Assembly: GCA_963845755.1 (NCBI GenBank)
Contig: CAWJTV010000041.1
Location: forward strand, 160,001-224,000
Length of the DNA stretch: 64,000 nt
Source: an uncultured Planctomycetota bacterium
GTDB taxonomy: Bacteria > Planctomycetota > Planctomycetia > Isosphaerales > Isosphaeraceae
Direction: 5' to 3'
A model generated the notes under the pieces. That model saw only the letters and a program-made list of their open reading frames with translations. It searched no databases and was not told the origin of the DNA. Numbering within the stretch: position 1 is the stretch's first letter; each line of letters begins with the position of its first letter. A program made the translations under genes and the position numbers. Of this stretch, positions 11,669 to 22,493 are shown piece by piece.

Positions 11669-12079
11669 CTAACGGAGGTCGATATCCACGTGGTTCCAAT
11701 CCGAAGCGACGTCAATCTCCAGGCCGGACGTGCCCGAATCGCCATACTTGGCGGGCAATTTCGGCGCGTTCACGTATCCATTCAGATGTGCGCGATAGCG
11801 ACCCGGTGGGGCGCCTTCCTCGAAATATTGGGCATTGAGCAGCCGGAACGACCCATCGTCTCCCAGTGAGCCGAGGGCCGCGTGGGCACCGTTCGAGTCA
11901 AGACAAATGTACATATTGTTAATCGGGTGGCCAGAGTACGTCACGCGGCCGGTGACCGTGGAGAATTCCCGGTGGTCTCCCGGTGGTTCGGGACCGAGAC
12001 AGAAGAGGAAGGGGGCGAAGAAAGCAATGCCAAGTCCCCAGGCCACAAGCCTTCGGGACGATTGCAAATCGATCAACAT
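11669..12079 (-). CDS. Planctomycete carboxypeptidase-regulatory-like small exported protein
   Basis: VTGRVTYSG.P...DGSFRL...GAPPGRY...LPAKY...TSGL pattern after an N-terminal hydrophobic segment. Confidence 0.65.
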   Translation of the reverse strand: MLIDLQSSRRLVAWGLGIAFFAPFLFCLGPEPPGDHREFSTVTGRVTYSGHPINNMYICLDSNGAHAALGSLGDDGSFRLLNAQYFEEGAPPGRYRAHLNGYVNAPKLPAKYGDSGTSGLEIDVASDWNHVDIDLR

Positions 12080-12471
12080 TCAGATCACTCCTCGGGCAGG
12101 ATTTGCGACGGGCAGGAAATTGGGAATGAGTCTCTGGGCAGAATCGATCATCCGTCGCGGGAGAGGAGTATTCGCGAGGTCGACTCCGAGTGGGACCGAG
12201 GAGAGAATCGGTCTTTCGTCACACAGTAGATCGCGACCGAGCCGAAACTGGTCGGGATACAAGTTCCCATGCGTGCCTCCATCACGATTATCGCTCACTC
12301 GTCAAGTAGAGGTTAGCTCATCCTGGGTTTCTTTGAGAAGAGCGGATTCGCCGTGGTCGCTCATCACGCGGCTCGACAGGACCTGGTGAGGGGTTCAGGG
12401 AATTGATTCTGTCGTGCGGGAGTCGTAGTCTGACGACTGTCCTCTCCCCGTGAATTGAGGAGGAACCGATC

Positions 12472-13473
12472 ATGCTCCGGCATCGGCGATCGACCGGCCT
12501 AGGACATTTCGACGGGAGTCTGACGGTCCTTGCGTGCCGGGGACGCTCCGGGTTGCTCTTGCTGGTCCTGATCGCGCCGATCGTGACGTCTCTTCGCGGC
12601 ACGGCCGTGGGACGGCAGGATGACGCTGCTCCCGCGGGATTCCAGGTGCCGGTCGATGATGATTCGAAGCGACAGGACGATCAGAAGGCCCTGAAAGCGT
12701 TTGTCGAAGTCTACCGTCTCGAACCGGGGCAGATCCTGAAGCGTGTGCCGCCGCCGCGGCCGGAAGGCGTCCGTCCCTGGTGGAAGGAGAAGTATCCGAA
12801 TCATGGAAACCAGCCTCACCAGTTCGGTTCCATGGTTTTTCGGTGGCGAGATCCCGATCAACTCGAGAACTGGGGGGCCACGACGGGAAATGGTTTCTCG
12901 CTTCGCGAACTCCTCCGCTATCTCGAAACGGAGATCTATCCGGTCGAGATCGACGGCGACCTCAAGTTGCTGGATACGCAGGTCACTGGAGATTGGGTGT
13001 ATCGCGAGGGAATCGACGATGAGCGCAAGGTTCACGCGATCGAGGTGGTCATCCAGCGCGTTCTCCGGCTGAGGATCTCCTTGACGTTCCGCCAGGTCCA
13101 GCGCGATGTCGTCGTGGCGCGCGGCCCGTACCGTCCCTCTCCGGTCAAGGGCCGGGCGAACAACGAGTTCGAGATTTACGGCAAGCAGATCGTTCCGGGT
13201 GGAGGTGGGGCCGGCGGCGGTACGGGCAAGTTCCCGATGTTCCTCAAATGGGTCGGAGAATGGATCGAGCGACCGGTCGTCAGTGATGTCGAGGAACCTC
13301 CCAAAGGGCCGATCACCTGGTTCTACAACGGACGGAGCCCATTCACGGAGCAGATGCGCCGCGAAGACCACGATGAGGCGCTGGTCCTCCAGCATCTCCA
13401 CGAGCAGACCGGCTTGACCTTTACCCGCGAGCGGAGGCCGATCCGCATCCTGTTCATCGAGCGGGCGAAATAA
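12472..13473 (+). CDS. Secreted hypothetical protein
   Basis: GAGGAGG RBS, N-terminal hydrophobic signal, GC-biased codons; ends LHEQTGLTFTRERRPIRILFIER. Confidence 0.7.
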   Translation: MLRHRRSTGLGHFDGSLTVLACRGRSGLLLLVLIAPIVTSLRGTAVGRQDDAAPAGFQVPVDDDSKRQDDQKALKAFVEVYRLEPGQILKRVPPPRPEGVRPWWKEKYPNHGNQPHQFGSMVFRWRDPDQLENWGATTGNGFSLRELLRYLETEIYPVEIDGDLKLLDTQVTGDWVYREGIDDERKVHAIEVVIQRVLRLRISLTFRQVQRDVVVARGPYRPSPVKGRANNEFEIYGKQIVPGGGGAGGGTGKFPMFLKWVGEWIERPVVSDVEEPPKGPITWFYNGRSPFTEQMRREDHDEALVLQHLHEQTGLTFTRERRPIRILFIERAK

Positions 13474-13593
13474 CCCCGGGCGGCCGCGATGCGTGTTCGA
13501 TCGCGTCCAGGGCTTTCCTCATCGTGTCCCGCGTCCTCTCGACCGAGGAGGGGTCCGCCGCGAGCGCGCGGAGCTTGGGGATGGCGGCGGTGT

Positions 13594-14151
13594 TTACTGG
13601 GACTGCGACGAGGATGCCATCGCGGTGAGCCCCGGGGAAATCGTACCTGTTGCCGATCGCTTCGTGCGGGTCGTTTTGCGCCGCGACAACTTTGACGACT
13701 TGGTGTCGAGTTGCACGCGAGCATCGCCCGCGCCAGGTTCCGGGCGGGTGTCCGACTGGGAAGCGAAATGAAGATAAGGCTTGAGTCGAGCCAGAGTCAC
13801 TGGTCCCACGCCGCGGACCCGATCCCCGAGGTCATCCAGTGATGTGAAAGGCCGCTCGTTCCGAGCTTCAACAAGCCGGCTCACCAGTGCCGGACCGATT
13901 TGCGGCAAAGCGGCCAGGACCTGCGGCGGGGCCGTGTTCGCGTCCACCTCGAGGTGGGGCGCCAATCCGGTCGGCGGCGATGACGGAACGTCCCAGCTCG
14001 CCCTCTTCAGGCCCAGCCCAACGGCCAGCGCAAGGACAGCCAGCAGCATGCGTGCTCCGGCCGGCCAGCACCAGGGCACGACCGTGCCCCGCCGCTCAGT
14101 CGGCGGATCTGCGGGAATCGGTTGCGTGTTCAGACTTGCGCCTCTGAACAT
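13594..14151 (-). CDS. ComEA-like helix-hairpin-helix DNA-binding protein
   Basis: TM helix, then VDANTA...LAALPQIGPALVSRLVEAR...PFTSLDDL..RVRGVGP. Confidence 0.85.
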   Translation of the reverse strand: MFRGASLNTQPIPADPPTERRGTVVPWCWPAGARMLLAVLALAVGLGLKRASWDVPSSPPTGLAPHLEVDANTAPPQVLAALPQIGPALVSRLVEARNERPFTSLDDLGDRVRGVGPVTLARLKPYLHFASQSDTRPEPGAGDARVQLDTKSSKLSRRKTTRTKRSATGTISPGLTAMASSSQSQ

Positions 14152-14255
14152 CCGACGCTTAACTCTTGAGGTGTCCTATCGTTAGGGTGCATCATCTATG
14201 ATGTGCGATTCAGCCTAACGGCGGGCGTGGCGGGCTAGCAAGAGGCGAGATTCCG

Positions 14256-15449
14256 TCACATATCGAGGAAGGGGACCGGGAGCAGGAACGCGTGCTGTTC
14301 GTAGAGGGTTGCGACGCCGCCCCATGAGGTGTACTGGGAGAAGAAGACGATCAGGACGTAGAAGGCGGCGACGGGGACGATGGCAAGCCGGCCCAGGACG
14401 CGGAAGGACCAGTGGCTGGGGTGGTCGCGACGGCCGGAGCGGGCGTAGGCCCAGCCGGTCAGGAGCCGCGCCGGGGCGAGGAACAGGACGAAGACAAGGC
14501 TCGGCAGCCAGGCGGCTTCGCGGGGGATCATCTCGATCTTGAGCAGGTACAGCGGTATGGCTGCCAGGAGCAGGACCATGAGCGAGAAGGCGAAGGCCCA
14601 GGGGGCTCGGCGGAATCGTTCGCGAATGGCCCGACGGGAGAAGAGCGCGGAGATCCGCCCTTCGACCGCATAACGCACCTGGAGGAACGGCAGGAAGGGC
14701 ACCACGACCGCCAGGAGCAGGACGCCGAGGACGCCCAGCGGCGGCACGCGCCCACCGGCCGAGATCAGGATCGCCGGTACGATCAGCCAGGCGAGCGTGC
14801 CGAAAAACCCCATGAATCCCAGGCGGAAGTAGTACCAAGGGCGCAGGGCGGCGAGGAACGCCCAGAATCGATCGCGCGATTCGGCATAGAGCCCGCCCTG
14901 GCGCAACTTTCGGACCAGCCAGAAGGGATGGCCGAACGGCCAGAGGAAATGACGCAGCCGGCCGCCGCGGGCGCAGGCGATCAGGACGTGGAAGACCGTC
15001 AGCCCGGCGACGATCACGAGCAGGACGCGCCAGCCCCGGGCCGCCGGGCTGCCCGGGTCGATCAAGTCGGCCGATCGGGCGAGACTTCCAACCAGCCAGG
15101 CGGGGAGTGTTGCCAGCCAGATCCCCATCGCCAGGCCGCCGATCCGCGCGGCGCGGTGCACGCCGACGAACCCGTCCCGCAGCCGGCCGCTCCGCGCCAC
15201 CCGCGCCGAGGATTCCAGGAGGTAGCCCAGGGTCAAGAACTGGAGCAGCGGCAAGGCCGCAAGGGTTGACAACCCGACCAGCAGTGAGACGACTCCGAAG
15301 AGCCATTCGGCCGCCGACACCAGTCCCCGAGCGATCCGGCCGGCCAGGAACCAAAGCGGTGCGAAGCGCCGGCGTCGCGGCGGAACCTCCGGCGAGGCTT
15401 CTACCTCGGCAGCTTCCCAGTAGCCTTCAAGGACGGCCGTGTTTTCCAT
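14256..15449 (-). CDS. Polytopic membrane protein (DUF4013-like)
   Basis: Multiple TM helices; LPLLQFLTLGYLLE motif; divergent from the DUF1549/1553 gene. Confidence 0.7.
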   Translation of the reverse strand: MENTAVLEGYWEAAEVEASPEVPPRRRRFAPLWFLAGRIARGLVSAAEWLFGVVSLLVGLSTLAALPLLQFLTLGYLLESSARVARSGRLRDGFVGVHRAARIGGLAMGIWLATLPAWLVGSLARSADLIDPGSPAARGWRVLLVIVAGLTVFHVLIACARGGRLRHFLWPFGHPFWLVRKLRQGGLYAESRDRFWAFLAALRPWYYFRLGFMGFFGTLAWLIVPAILISAGGRVPPLGVLGVLLLAVVVPFLPFLQVRYAVEGRISALFSRRAIRERFRRAPWAFAFSLMVLLLAAIPLYLLKIEMIPREAAWLPSLVFVLFLAPARLLTGWAYARSGRRDHPSHWSFRVLGRLAIVPVAAFYVLIVFFSQYTSWGGVATLYEQHAFLLPVPFLDM

Positions 15450-15586
15450 AACCTGGGATACTCGCGGGAATCGATCGTGGTTTCAAGAACCATGAGGCTG
15501 CGACCATAACGACCAGCTTGAAACCGTTGGAGGATCCTCCGGGTATAGCTGCCAGGATCATCCTCGTGGCAGACGGAGGGATCGTC

Positions 15587-17194
15587 ATGCGAGATCGGCT
15601 ACGTGACATCGTGTTTCTCGTCGCGGTCCTGGGCGGGACGGCGACCCTTGCCACGGGGCTCCTACGGCCGCTGGCGCGGGCCTCGGTGCGGCCATCCCGG
15701 ACGATTGTGGGTGCCGTTGCCCTCGACTCGATCGTCGGCCAGGTCGATGCCACGTTCCGGCGGCGATGGACCGAGCAAGGTCTGGTCCCGGCCGCGCCTG
15801 CGCCGCAGCTGGCCGTGATGCGGCGGCTCTCGCTGGCGCTCTGCGGCACGATCCCCTCGTTGGAGGAGATCCGACGGTTCGAGGCCCGGCCGGCGAGTGG
15901 TCGAATCGACGCCTGGCTCGGCGACCTGCTGCGCGACCGCCGCTGCGCCGATTATCTGGCCGAACGGTTCGCGCGGGCGTTCGTCGGCACCGAGGACGGC
16001 CCGTTCCTCAAGTTTCGTCGACGACGCTTCGTGGCCTGGCTCAGCGACGCGATCCTCGAGAACCGGCCGTATGACGCGGTCGTCCGCGACCTGATCACCG
16101 ACGATGGCCTCTGGACCGATCACCCCGCGGTGAACTTCCTCGCGGTGACCATCGACGAGAAGACCGAGCGGCCATCCCCCGATCGGCTGGCGGCGAGGGT
16201 GTCGCGGGCGTTCCTCGGCATCCGGCTCGACTGCGCCCAGTGCCACGACCACCCGTTCCAGCCCTGGAAACAGGCCGACTTCCACGGGCTGGCTGCCTTC
16301 TTCGGCGCGGTCCACGCCGACTTGCGAGGCATCCGTGACACGGAGAACGACTACAAGCCGCCCGACCGGAAAGGCCATGAGTCCAAGACGGTCGAGCCGT
16401 GCGCGCCGTTCCGGCCCGAGCTGGTCCCGGAATCGGGCGGCCCGCGCCATCGTCTCGCCGGTTGGGTCACCGACCCCAGGAACCCGAACCTCGCCCGCGC
16501 GACGGTCAACCGCGTCTGGGCACTCCTCTTCGGCCGCCCGCTCGTCGAGCCGGTCGACGACCTCTCTGCCGCCGCCGAGATCCACCCGACCCTCATCGCC
16601 CTGGCCGACGACTTCGCCGCCCACGGCTACGACCTTCACCACCTGATCCACACGATCGCCGCCGCCGAGGTGTTCCGCCTTGACAGCGCCGATGAGGACG
16701 CCAGCGAGGCCCATGACGCGGCCTGGGCCATCTTTCCCATGACCCGCCTGCGGCCCGAGCAGGTGGCTGGTGCGATCTTCCAGGCTGCCTCACTGACGAC
16801 CCTCGGCCCCCAGTCCCACTGGTTCGCCCGGCTGGTCGCCTACACCGGGCGCAACGATTTCGTCCGGCGGTATGGCGACATGGGCGAGGATGAATTCGAC
16901 GCGCGGGGCGGGACGATCCCCCAGCGCCTGCTGCTCATGAACGGCGACGTCGTTCGCGAGCAGATCAAGGACGGTCTCTTCTCGGCCTCCTCGAACATTG
17001 CCGGCCTCGCTCGGGACGATGCCAAGGCGGTCGAGGCCGCCTATCTCACCGTCCTGACTCGCCGGCCTGGTCCGGAGGAATCGACCCACTTCGCCGGCCG
17101 GCTCGCGGGATCCTCCGGCGACGAACGAAAGCAACGGCTGAGCGATCTCTACTGGACGTTGCTCAATACGACGGAGTTCTCGTGGAATCATTGA
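15587..17194 (+). CDS. DUF1549/DUF1553 (PSCyt2/PSD1) protein
   Basis: RRLSLALCGTIP, NRPYDAVVRDLI, FLGIRLDCAQCHDHP, NRVWALLFGR, LLNTTEFSWNH. Confidence 0.93.
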   Translation: MRDRLRDIVFLVAVLGGTATLATGLLRPLARASVRPSRTIVGAVALDSIVGQVDATFRRRWTEQGLVPAAPAPQLAVMRRLSLALCGTIPSLEEIRRFEARPASGRIDAWLGDLLRDRRCADYLAERFARAFVGTEDGPFLKFRRRRFVAWLSDAILENRPYDAVVRDLITDDGLWTDHPAVNFLAVTIDEKTERPSPDRLAARVSRAFLGIRLDCAQCHDHPFQPWKQADFHGLAAFFGAVHADLRGIRDTENDYKPPDRKGHESKTVEPCAPFRPELVPESGGPRHRLAGWVTDPRNPNLARATVNRVWALLFGRPLVEPVDDLSAAAEIHPTLIALADDFAAHGYDLHHLIHTIAAAEVFRLDSADEDASEAHDAAWAIFPMTRLRPEQVAGAIFQAASLTTLGPQSHWFARLVAYTGRNDFVRRYGDMGEDEFDARGGTIPQRLLLMNGDVVREQIKDGLFSASSNIAGLARDDAKAVEAAYLTVLTRRPGPEESTHFAGRLAGSSGDERKQRLSDLYWTLLNTTEFSWNH

Positions 17195-17202
17195 GGGCTA
17201 AG

Positions 17203-18461
17203 ATGACCTACTTGAGCATGTCATCTATCGACCGACGTGGCTTCCTCAAGCTGGCCGGGCTGAGCTGGCTAACGCCTATCGGGCGGCTGCTGGCCGACCA
17301 GGCCGAGCGGACGAGGCAACCTGCGCAGTCGATCATCCTCCTGTGGCTCGACGGCGGGCCGAGCCAACTCGAGACGTTCGACCCGCATCCCGACACGAAG
17401 ATCGCCGGTGGCACCAAGGCGATCGCGACCGCCGTGCCGGGCATCGAGCTCGCGCAAGGCTATGAGCAGCTTGCCGACCAGATGGGCTCGGTCGCCTTGA
17501 TCCGCTCGATGGTGAGCAAGGAGGGGGACCACGAGCGCGGGACGTACTTCATGAAGACGGGCTACCGTCCTGATCCGACAGTCGAACATCCTTCCATCGG
17601 AGCGATCTGCTGCCACGAGCTGCCCGCCGGGCGGACCGACATCCCCCGGCATATCTCGATCCTGACCGAGAAATGGCCGAGCCGGGGTGGGTTCCTGGGC
17701 GGCGAGTTCGACGCGTTCCAGATCGGCGACCCGAAGGGAAAACTACCCGACGTGACCTCGCCGGTGCCGGCTCCGCGCGACCTGGTGCGGGTGCAGGACC
17801 TCGACGTCGCCGAGCGGGCCTTCGCCCGCGGGCGCCGGGGGCGTGTCGAGACGACCTTGCACCGCGAGACCATGGCCCGCGCCCGCGTGATGATGACCTC
17901 CGAACAGCTCAAGGCGTTCGACGTCTCGCACGAGCCCGCCAGCCTGCTCGCCGAGTACGGCGATACCCCCTTCGGACGCGGCTGCCTGGCCGCACGCCGC
18001 CTGATCGAAGTCGGCGTGCGCTGTGTCGAGGTGACGCTGGGCGGCTGGGACACCCACGTCAATAATCACGAGATCCATAAGGCGCGCGCCGGGTTCTGGA
18101 CCCGGCGTTCGCCGCCTTGTTGCGCGACCTGTCGCGAAGGCAGCTCCTCGACCGCACGGTCGTCTTGTGCTGCGGCGAGTTCGGCCGGACGCCCAAGGTC
18201 AACCCCCTCGGCGGTCGCGACCACTGGCCCGGCGGCTTCAGTCTGGCGATGGCCGGCGGCGGAATCCGCGGCGGCATGGCTCTCGGTCAGACCGATCCCG
18301 AAGCGGTCAAGGACCCCGTCCGGCCGACCACGATCGAGGATGTCCACGCGACGGTGTTGACGGCCCTCGGCCTCAGTCCAGCCAAGGAGAACACCGCCCC
18401 GGCGACAGGCCGGCCGATCAAGCTCAGCGCGGGGCGGCCGATCCGGGAGCTGCTTGGGTGA
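17203..18461 (+). CDS. DUF1501 protein, Tat signal (frameshift ~18095)
   Basis: DRRGFL, WLDGGPSQLETFDP, CLAARRLIEVGV, GWDTH, then GEFGRTPKVN...GRDHWP in the next frame. Confidence 0.93.
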
Positions 18462-18603
18462 GCGGGATGGGTTATCGACCGCACCCACACGGAAGACCCT
18501 TGCAGGCAATACCGTTGAATGAGCGTTAAGCCTAAGAGAAAAAGAGACTGTCGCAACGGAACCGGGCTCAAGAGGGAGGGTTTCTTCCTGACGCCAGGGG
18601 AAT

Positions 18604-18862
18604 TCTCGTTCCCATGCTCTGAGGCTGTGATTTTTTGATCGGCGACGCTGTCTATTGAGCCCCGAATCGCCGTTGATCGTCCTGAGCATCGATTCGGGGC
18701 TCATTAGGGGCACCGAAATCGTGTACAGTTGATCCGATCTGACAGTCGTCGTACAAAAAAATCACAGCCTCTCTGCGTGGGAACGTCCGGGTGCGACGCT
18801 CCGCGTCGCCGGGGCCGCAGAGCGGCCAGGACGGCATTCCCACGCAGAGCATGGGAACGAGA
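18604..18862. repeat. REPIN (TCGTTCCCA family) interrupted by a MITE
   Basis: Removing 18621-18774 restores TCTCGTTCCCATGCTCTGCGTGGGAA, the exact reverse complement of TTCCCACGCAGAGCATGGGAACGAGA ending at 18862. Confidence 0.85.
18621..18771. mobile_element. 151-bp MITE
   Basis: 16-bp terminal inverted repeats GAGGCTGTGATTTTTT; 3-bp target duplication TCT (18618-20 and 18772-74); internal hairpin 18656-18703. Confidence 0.85.
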
Positions 18863-18907
18863 TAACCCGGTGTGGTTACAACAGTCTCAAAAAAATCTGT
18901 GAATACC

Positions 18908-19040
18908 TTGTTCCCACGCTCGCGCGTGGGAACACGCTTCCTGGACGCTCTGCGTCCACGCGGTTTCCCCGCCGTGGCGTGGCCGTACCTGACGCGGAGC
19001 GTCGAGGACGGCGTTCCCACGCGGGAGCGTGGGAACGAGA
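18908..19040. repeat. Second REPIN of the TCGTTCCCA family
   Basis: TTGTTCCCACGCTCGCGCGTGGGAAC ... GTTCCCACGCGGGAGCGTGGGAACGAGA, with internal GACGCTCTGCGTC and GACGCGGAGCGTC palindromes. Confidence 0.8.
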
Positions 19041-19353
19041 ATCAGTCCTTTCCCCAAGCCGTTCAGGAACGGCTTGATGTCTTGGCGACGATGACGTTCC
19101 TGGAAACGACCGCAACTGCCTTGGCTTTAGCGAAGGAGCTCGTTCAGGGAGGCGCTTGCCCGCGAAGGCCGGCGCCGACGCCTTGTATATTGCCATCGCG
19201 GCCACTCAAGGAATACCCTATCTCTTGACGTGGAATTGCCGGCACCTGGCCAATGCGACGATGCGGCCACTGATCGAATCCGTCTGCGTCCGCAACGGAA
19301 TCAAAGCTCCAATCATCTGCACGCCGGAGGAACTCTTGGAGGCGCAACCATGA
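19041..19353 (+). pseudogene. 5'-truncated PIN-domain (VapC-like) toxin
   Basis: QERLDVL...ALALAKELV..GA-LPAKAGADALYIAIAATQGIPYLLTWNCRHLAN...PIICTPEEL. The N-terminal PIN motif and start codon are absent, with the REPIN in their place; there is a shift near 19155. Confidence 0.75.
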
Positions 19354-19556
19354 CCGACCCGATTGTCGATGAGATTCGACGGGTGCGTGAGACATACGCT
19401 GGCCGTTTTCATTACGATCTGGACGCGATTTTTCGGGATATCAAAGAGCAAGAGAAGAAGAGCGGGCGCCTGTTCGTCTCGTTGACCCCGCCTAGGGTTC
19501 AGCCGAATGAGGCTCTCCAGCCGAGCGTTCCGGCTGGGGCGGTTTCTGAACGGTAG
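19350..19556 (+). CDS. Small protein typical of partners downstream of this PIN family
   Basis: ATGA overlap with the PIN stop; MTDPIVDEIRRVRE.YA.RF.YDLDAIFRDI. Confidence 0.7.
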   Translation: MTDPIVDEIRRVRETYAGRFHYDLDAIFRDIKEQEKKSGRLFVSLTPPRVQPNEALQPSVPAGAVSER

Positions 19557-19613
19557 CCGACGACAGGCCTCGATCCGTCTCATCATCGAAACGACCAACT
19601 CCGGAGCCACGTC

Positions 19614-20642
19614 ATGCGAATTCGTCCCGGCGGCTCGTCATGGATCGTAGTCGGAACCATCCTTCTCGTCGTCGCTCCATGCAGGGCCGATGATCCACCC
19701 GCGCCGGTGAACGCCGAAGCCTTCATTCCGCCCAAGGACATCCAGTTCCGTCGGGTGGATATCCAGAGTGAAGGCGTCCGGCTGACGGGCGAGGTCTTCC
19801 GCCCCAAAGATCGACCGGGGGATGAGAAGCTGCCCACGATCATCCTCTGCCATGGCTGGGGCGGCACGGCGGCCTTGCTTCGCCCGGAGGCGATCGCCTT
19901 CGCTCGAGCGGGGTTCATGACCGTGGCCTTCGATTACCGGGGCTGGGGTGCCAGCGATGGACGAATCATCCTCGCTGAGCCCAAGTCGAAGCCGAGCGGC
20001 GGCCAGCGATTCCAGGCCGAGGTGCGGGAGATCCGCGAGGTGGTCGATCCGTTGGAACAGACGACCGACCTCCAGAACGTCGTTCACTGGGCCGTCGGAG
20101 AGCCAGGCGTCGATCGCGACCGGATCGGGCTGTGGGGCTCGAGCTATTCGGGTGGGCACGTCGTCTTCGTGGCGGCCCGTGACCGGAGGGTCAAGTGTCT
20201 GGTCAGCCAGGTCCCCGCGCTCGACTCGCGCTGGGCCGGCCGCGGCCCTCAACGCGCGTTGACCTTGAGCGAGGCCACACGAAGAGCCCGCGGCGAGATC
20301 GGATACCCTGAGCCAGGCGCCGTCGTGATCGGGAATCTCCATGGCGCACCGATCCTGGCGAGAATGCTCGATTACGCGCCGGTCGAGGACGTGTCGCGGG
20401 CCGCCCAATGCGCGATGCTGTTCATCGTTGCCGAGAAGGAGGAACTCTTCCGCAACGAGGACAACGGCCGGCTGGCCTTCGAGCGCGCCAAAGGCCCCAA
20501 GAAGTACGTTGTGGTTCCCGGAATCACGCACTACGGGGTTTATCGAGAGGCTCGGAAGCAGGCCACCGAGATGGAGGTCGAGTGGTTCCATACCCACCTG
20601 ACGCCCACTGATAAAGCCGCTTCCAGCAAGGGCGGGCGGTGA
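19614..20642 (+). CDS. Secreted alpha/beta hydrolase
   Basis: Signal peptide, CHGWGG, FDYRGWGASDG, nucleophile motif GSSYSGG, C-terminal His (GITHYG). Confidence 0.9.
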   Translation: MRIRPGGSSWIVVGTILLVVAPCRADDPPAPVNAEAFIPPKDIQFRRVDIQSEGVRLTGEVFRPKDRPGDEKLPTIILCHGWGGTAALLRPEAIAFARAGFMTVAFDYRGWGASDGRIILAEPKSKPSGGQRFQAEVREIREVVDPLEQTTDLQNVVHWAVGEPGVDRDRIGLWGSSYSGGHVVFVAARDRRVKCLVSQVPALDSRWAGRGPQRALTLSEATRRARGEIGYPEPGAVVIGNLHGAPILARMLDYAPVEDVSRAAQCAMLFIVAEKEELFRNEDNGRLAFERAKGPKKYVVVPGITHYGVYREARKQATEMEVEWFHTHLTPTDKAASSKGGR

Positions 20643-20673
20643 TCGGCCGTTCGAGACCGCGTCGCAGCATTCT

Positions 20674-22424
20674 TCAAGGGATCGTAGATTTCGCTCCCGT
20701 CGCTCCCTTTGTCCGGCTGGCACCGGCACCGGATTTCGGGGAGGAGACGGCCGGGACAGGCGGCGTTCCCTTGGACTCGTCGTCGTAAAACACCTCGCAG
20801 AGCTTGCCGAGGACGCGGCCGGCCTCGGTGGTCGCTTCGGAAATCGATCGTCCGACTCGCGGTGCGTCGAGCGGCACGTTGTTGACGAACGCGGCAAAGA
20901 TCAAGTGGCGACCCGACGAGGTCTCCAGGTAGCCAGCCAGCGCCTTGCTGGTCAGAACAACGGTGCCGTCGAGCCCGTTCTCGACGGAGTACGTTCCGGT
21001 CTTGGCGCGCGCGTGTCCGCGGGCGGGGCTGTCGGCGGCGACGGCCTTGGCCAGCGTCCCGTCGCGGCCCAGGATCGGCAAGGCCGCTTCGAAGGCGGAG
21101 AACTCGGCCCGGGCGGCCATGGCGCGGAGTAAGCTCACGGTCGCGCGCGGCGTGGCCAGGTCGGCGCGATCGCCACCGGCTCCGCCCCCGAAGGAGGCCT
21201 CTCGCGGGGCAATCCCCAGTTTTTGCAGCACCGCACCCTGGCGCTTCAGGCCCTCCTCCAGGGTTCGCTCGCCGTGATGGGCCGCCAGTAGCAAGGGTAA
21301 CGTGCTGGCGTGCAGGTTGTGGCTGACCTTCAGGATCACCCGGATGTACTCGCGGAACGGCGGCGAGGTGTATTCTGCCACCTTGGGAAGTTTGGCAACC
21401 TCACTCCGACTCGGCAGTCCCTCGGTCCTGTTCGAGCCCAACGGCGAGGCCGCGACACGGATGCCACGCCGTCGCATCGCCTCGATCAACAGCGCCCGCG
21501 CGAACGAGGACGGCTCCTCGACCTCATAGATCTTGACCACCCGAGCATGGCCAACCGGCAACCTTCCGCGCACCCGTGAACCGGCGGGGGCCTACCGAGT
21601 GAATAGCCAGCTCCGCGGCCTGGTCTGCCGGGACCGTCGCGACCTGCGCGTCCATCGTCACGAACGCCGTCGAACGGCAGATACGTGACCCGCCCCGGCT
21701 CCCCGGCTTTCGCGGCGGGTTCGGCCAGGACATCGATCACGTTGTCGTTGACCAGGATCGGACCGATCCGCCGGGGTCCGCTCCCGGTCGCCATCGCGGG
21801 TGCGAACAGCCGGTCGTCCACGATCACGTCGCCGGTGATCTCCTGGATCCCCGCGGCCTGCACTTCGCGAGCGAGATGCTTCAGTCCCGCAAGCGGATCC
21901 GTCGGAACGATCTCGCTGCGAAGGTTGCCGGCCGCGTAAGTGTGGTCCTCATCCTTGAAGACGAGCGTGCCGTCGGGACCGGTTCGGCCCCCGAGGCACA
22001 GGTCGCCTTGCGCGATCAGGATAATGTCGCCGTGCAACGTCCCTTTGACGTCCAGCTCGCCGTGGCGGACCAGTGGCGTCTGGAACCGGTGATTCGACCC
22101 CAGTTCGACCAGCGCGGCCGACGTACTGAAGAGCTTCGTGACCGACGCCGGAGCGAAGAGTTGGTCGGCATTTCGCTCGTAGACCGTCTCGCCGGTCTTG
22201 CCGTCGACCACCAGGATGCCCCAGTGTCCCTCCTGGTAGCCCCGTGTCTGGAGGACCGCCTGGACCCGACGCGACAGGGAATCATGGGCCGAGGTCGACG
22301 GCGGTTCGCTCCCTCTCAGCGGTACGGCCAGCGCGACGCACCATCCCAGCACGAGCATCCCACCCACTCGGACCCGGCGGGTATGACGCCACCCCCCAGC
22401 CTCGCGTCGATCTTGGTGGTCCAT
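20674..22424 (-). CDS. dacB: D-Ala-D-Ala carboxypeptidase/endopeptidase, PBP4 (peptidase S13); frameshifts ~21570-21680
   Basis: SxxK (PASVTK), SxN (KVSHN) and KTG (AKTGT) motifs across two ORFs. Confidence 0.88.
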
Positions 22425-22493
22425 CAGGGATCCCCAAATCCGGATTCCGCCCGATGCAGATCGTGCCGCCCTCTTGGGGCGCCCTGTCACCTG

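Larger units (their letters stand above)
18544..18888. mobile_element. Putative outer MITE
   Basis: Ends GAGACTGTCGCAAC (18544) and, reverse-complemented, GAGACTGTTGTAAC (18888): 12/14 match. A-runs on both flanks are compatible with a target duplication. Confidence 0.55.

Noticed and set aside
14180..14220. CGTTAGG...CCTAACG inverted repeat as an attC site
   Set aside because: The core sites are in the wrong order (GTT before AAC). It is more likely a simple hairpin.
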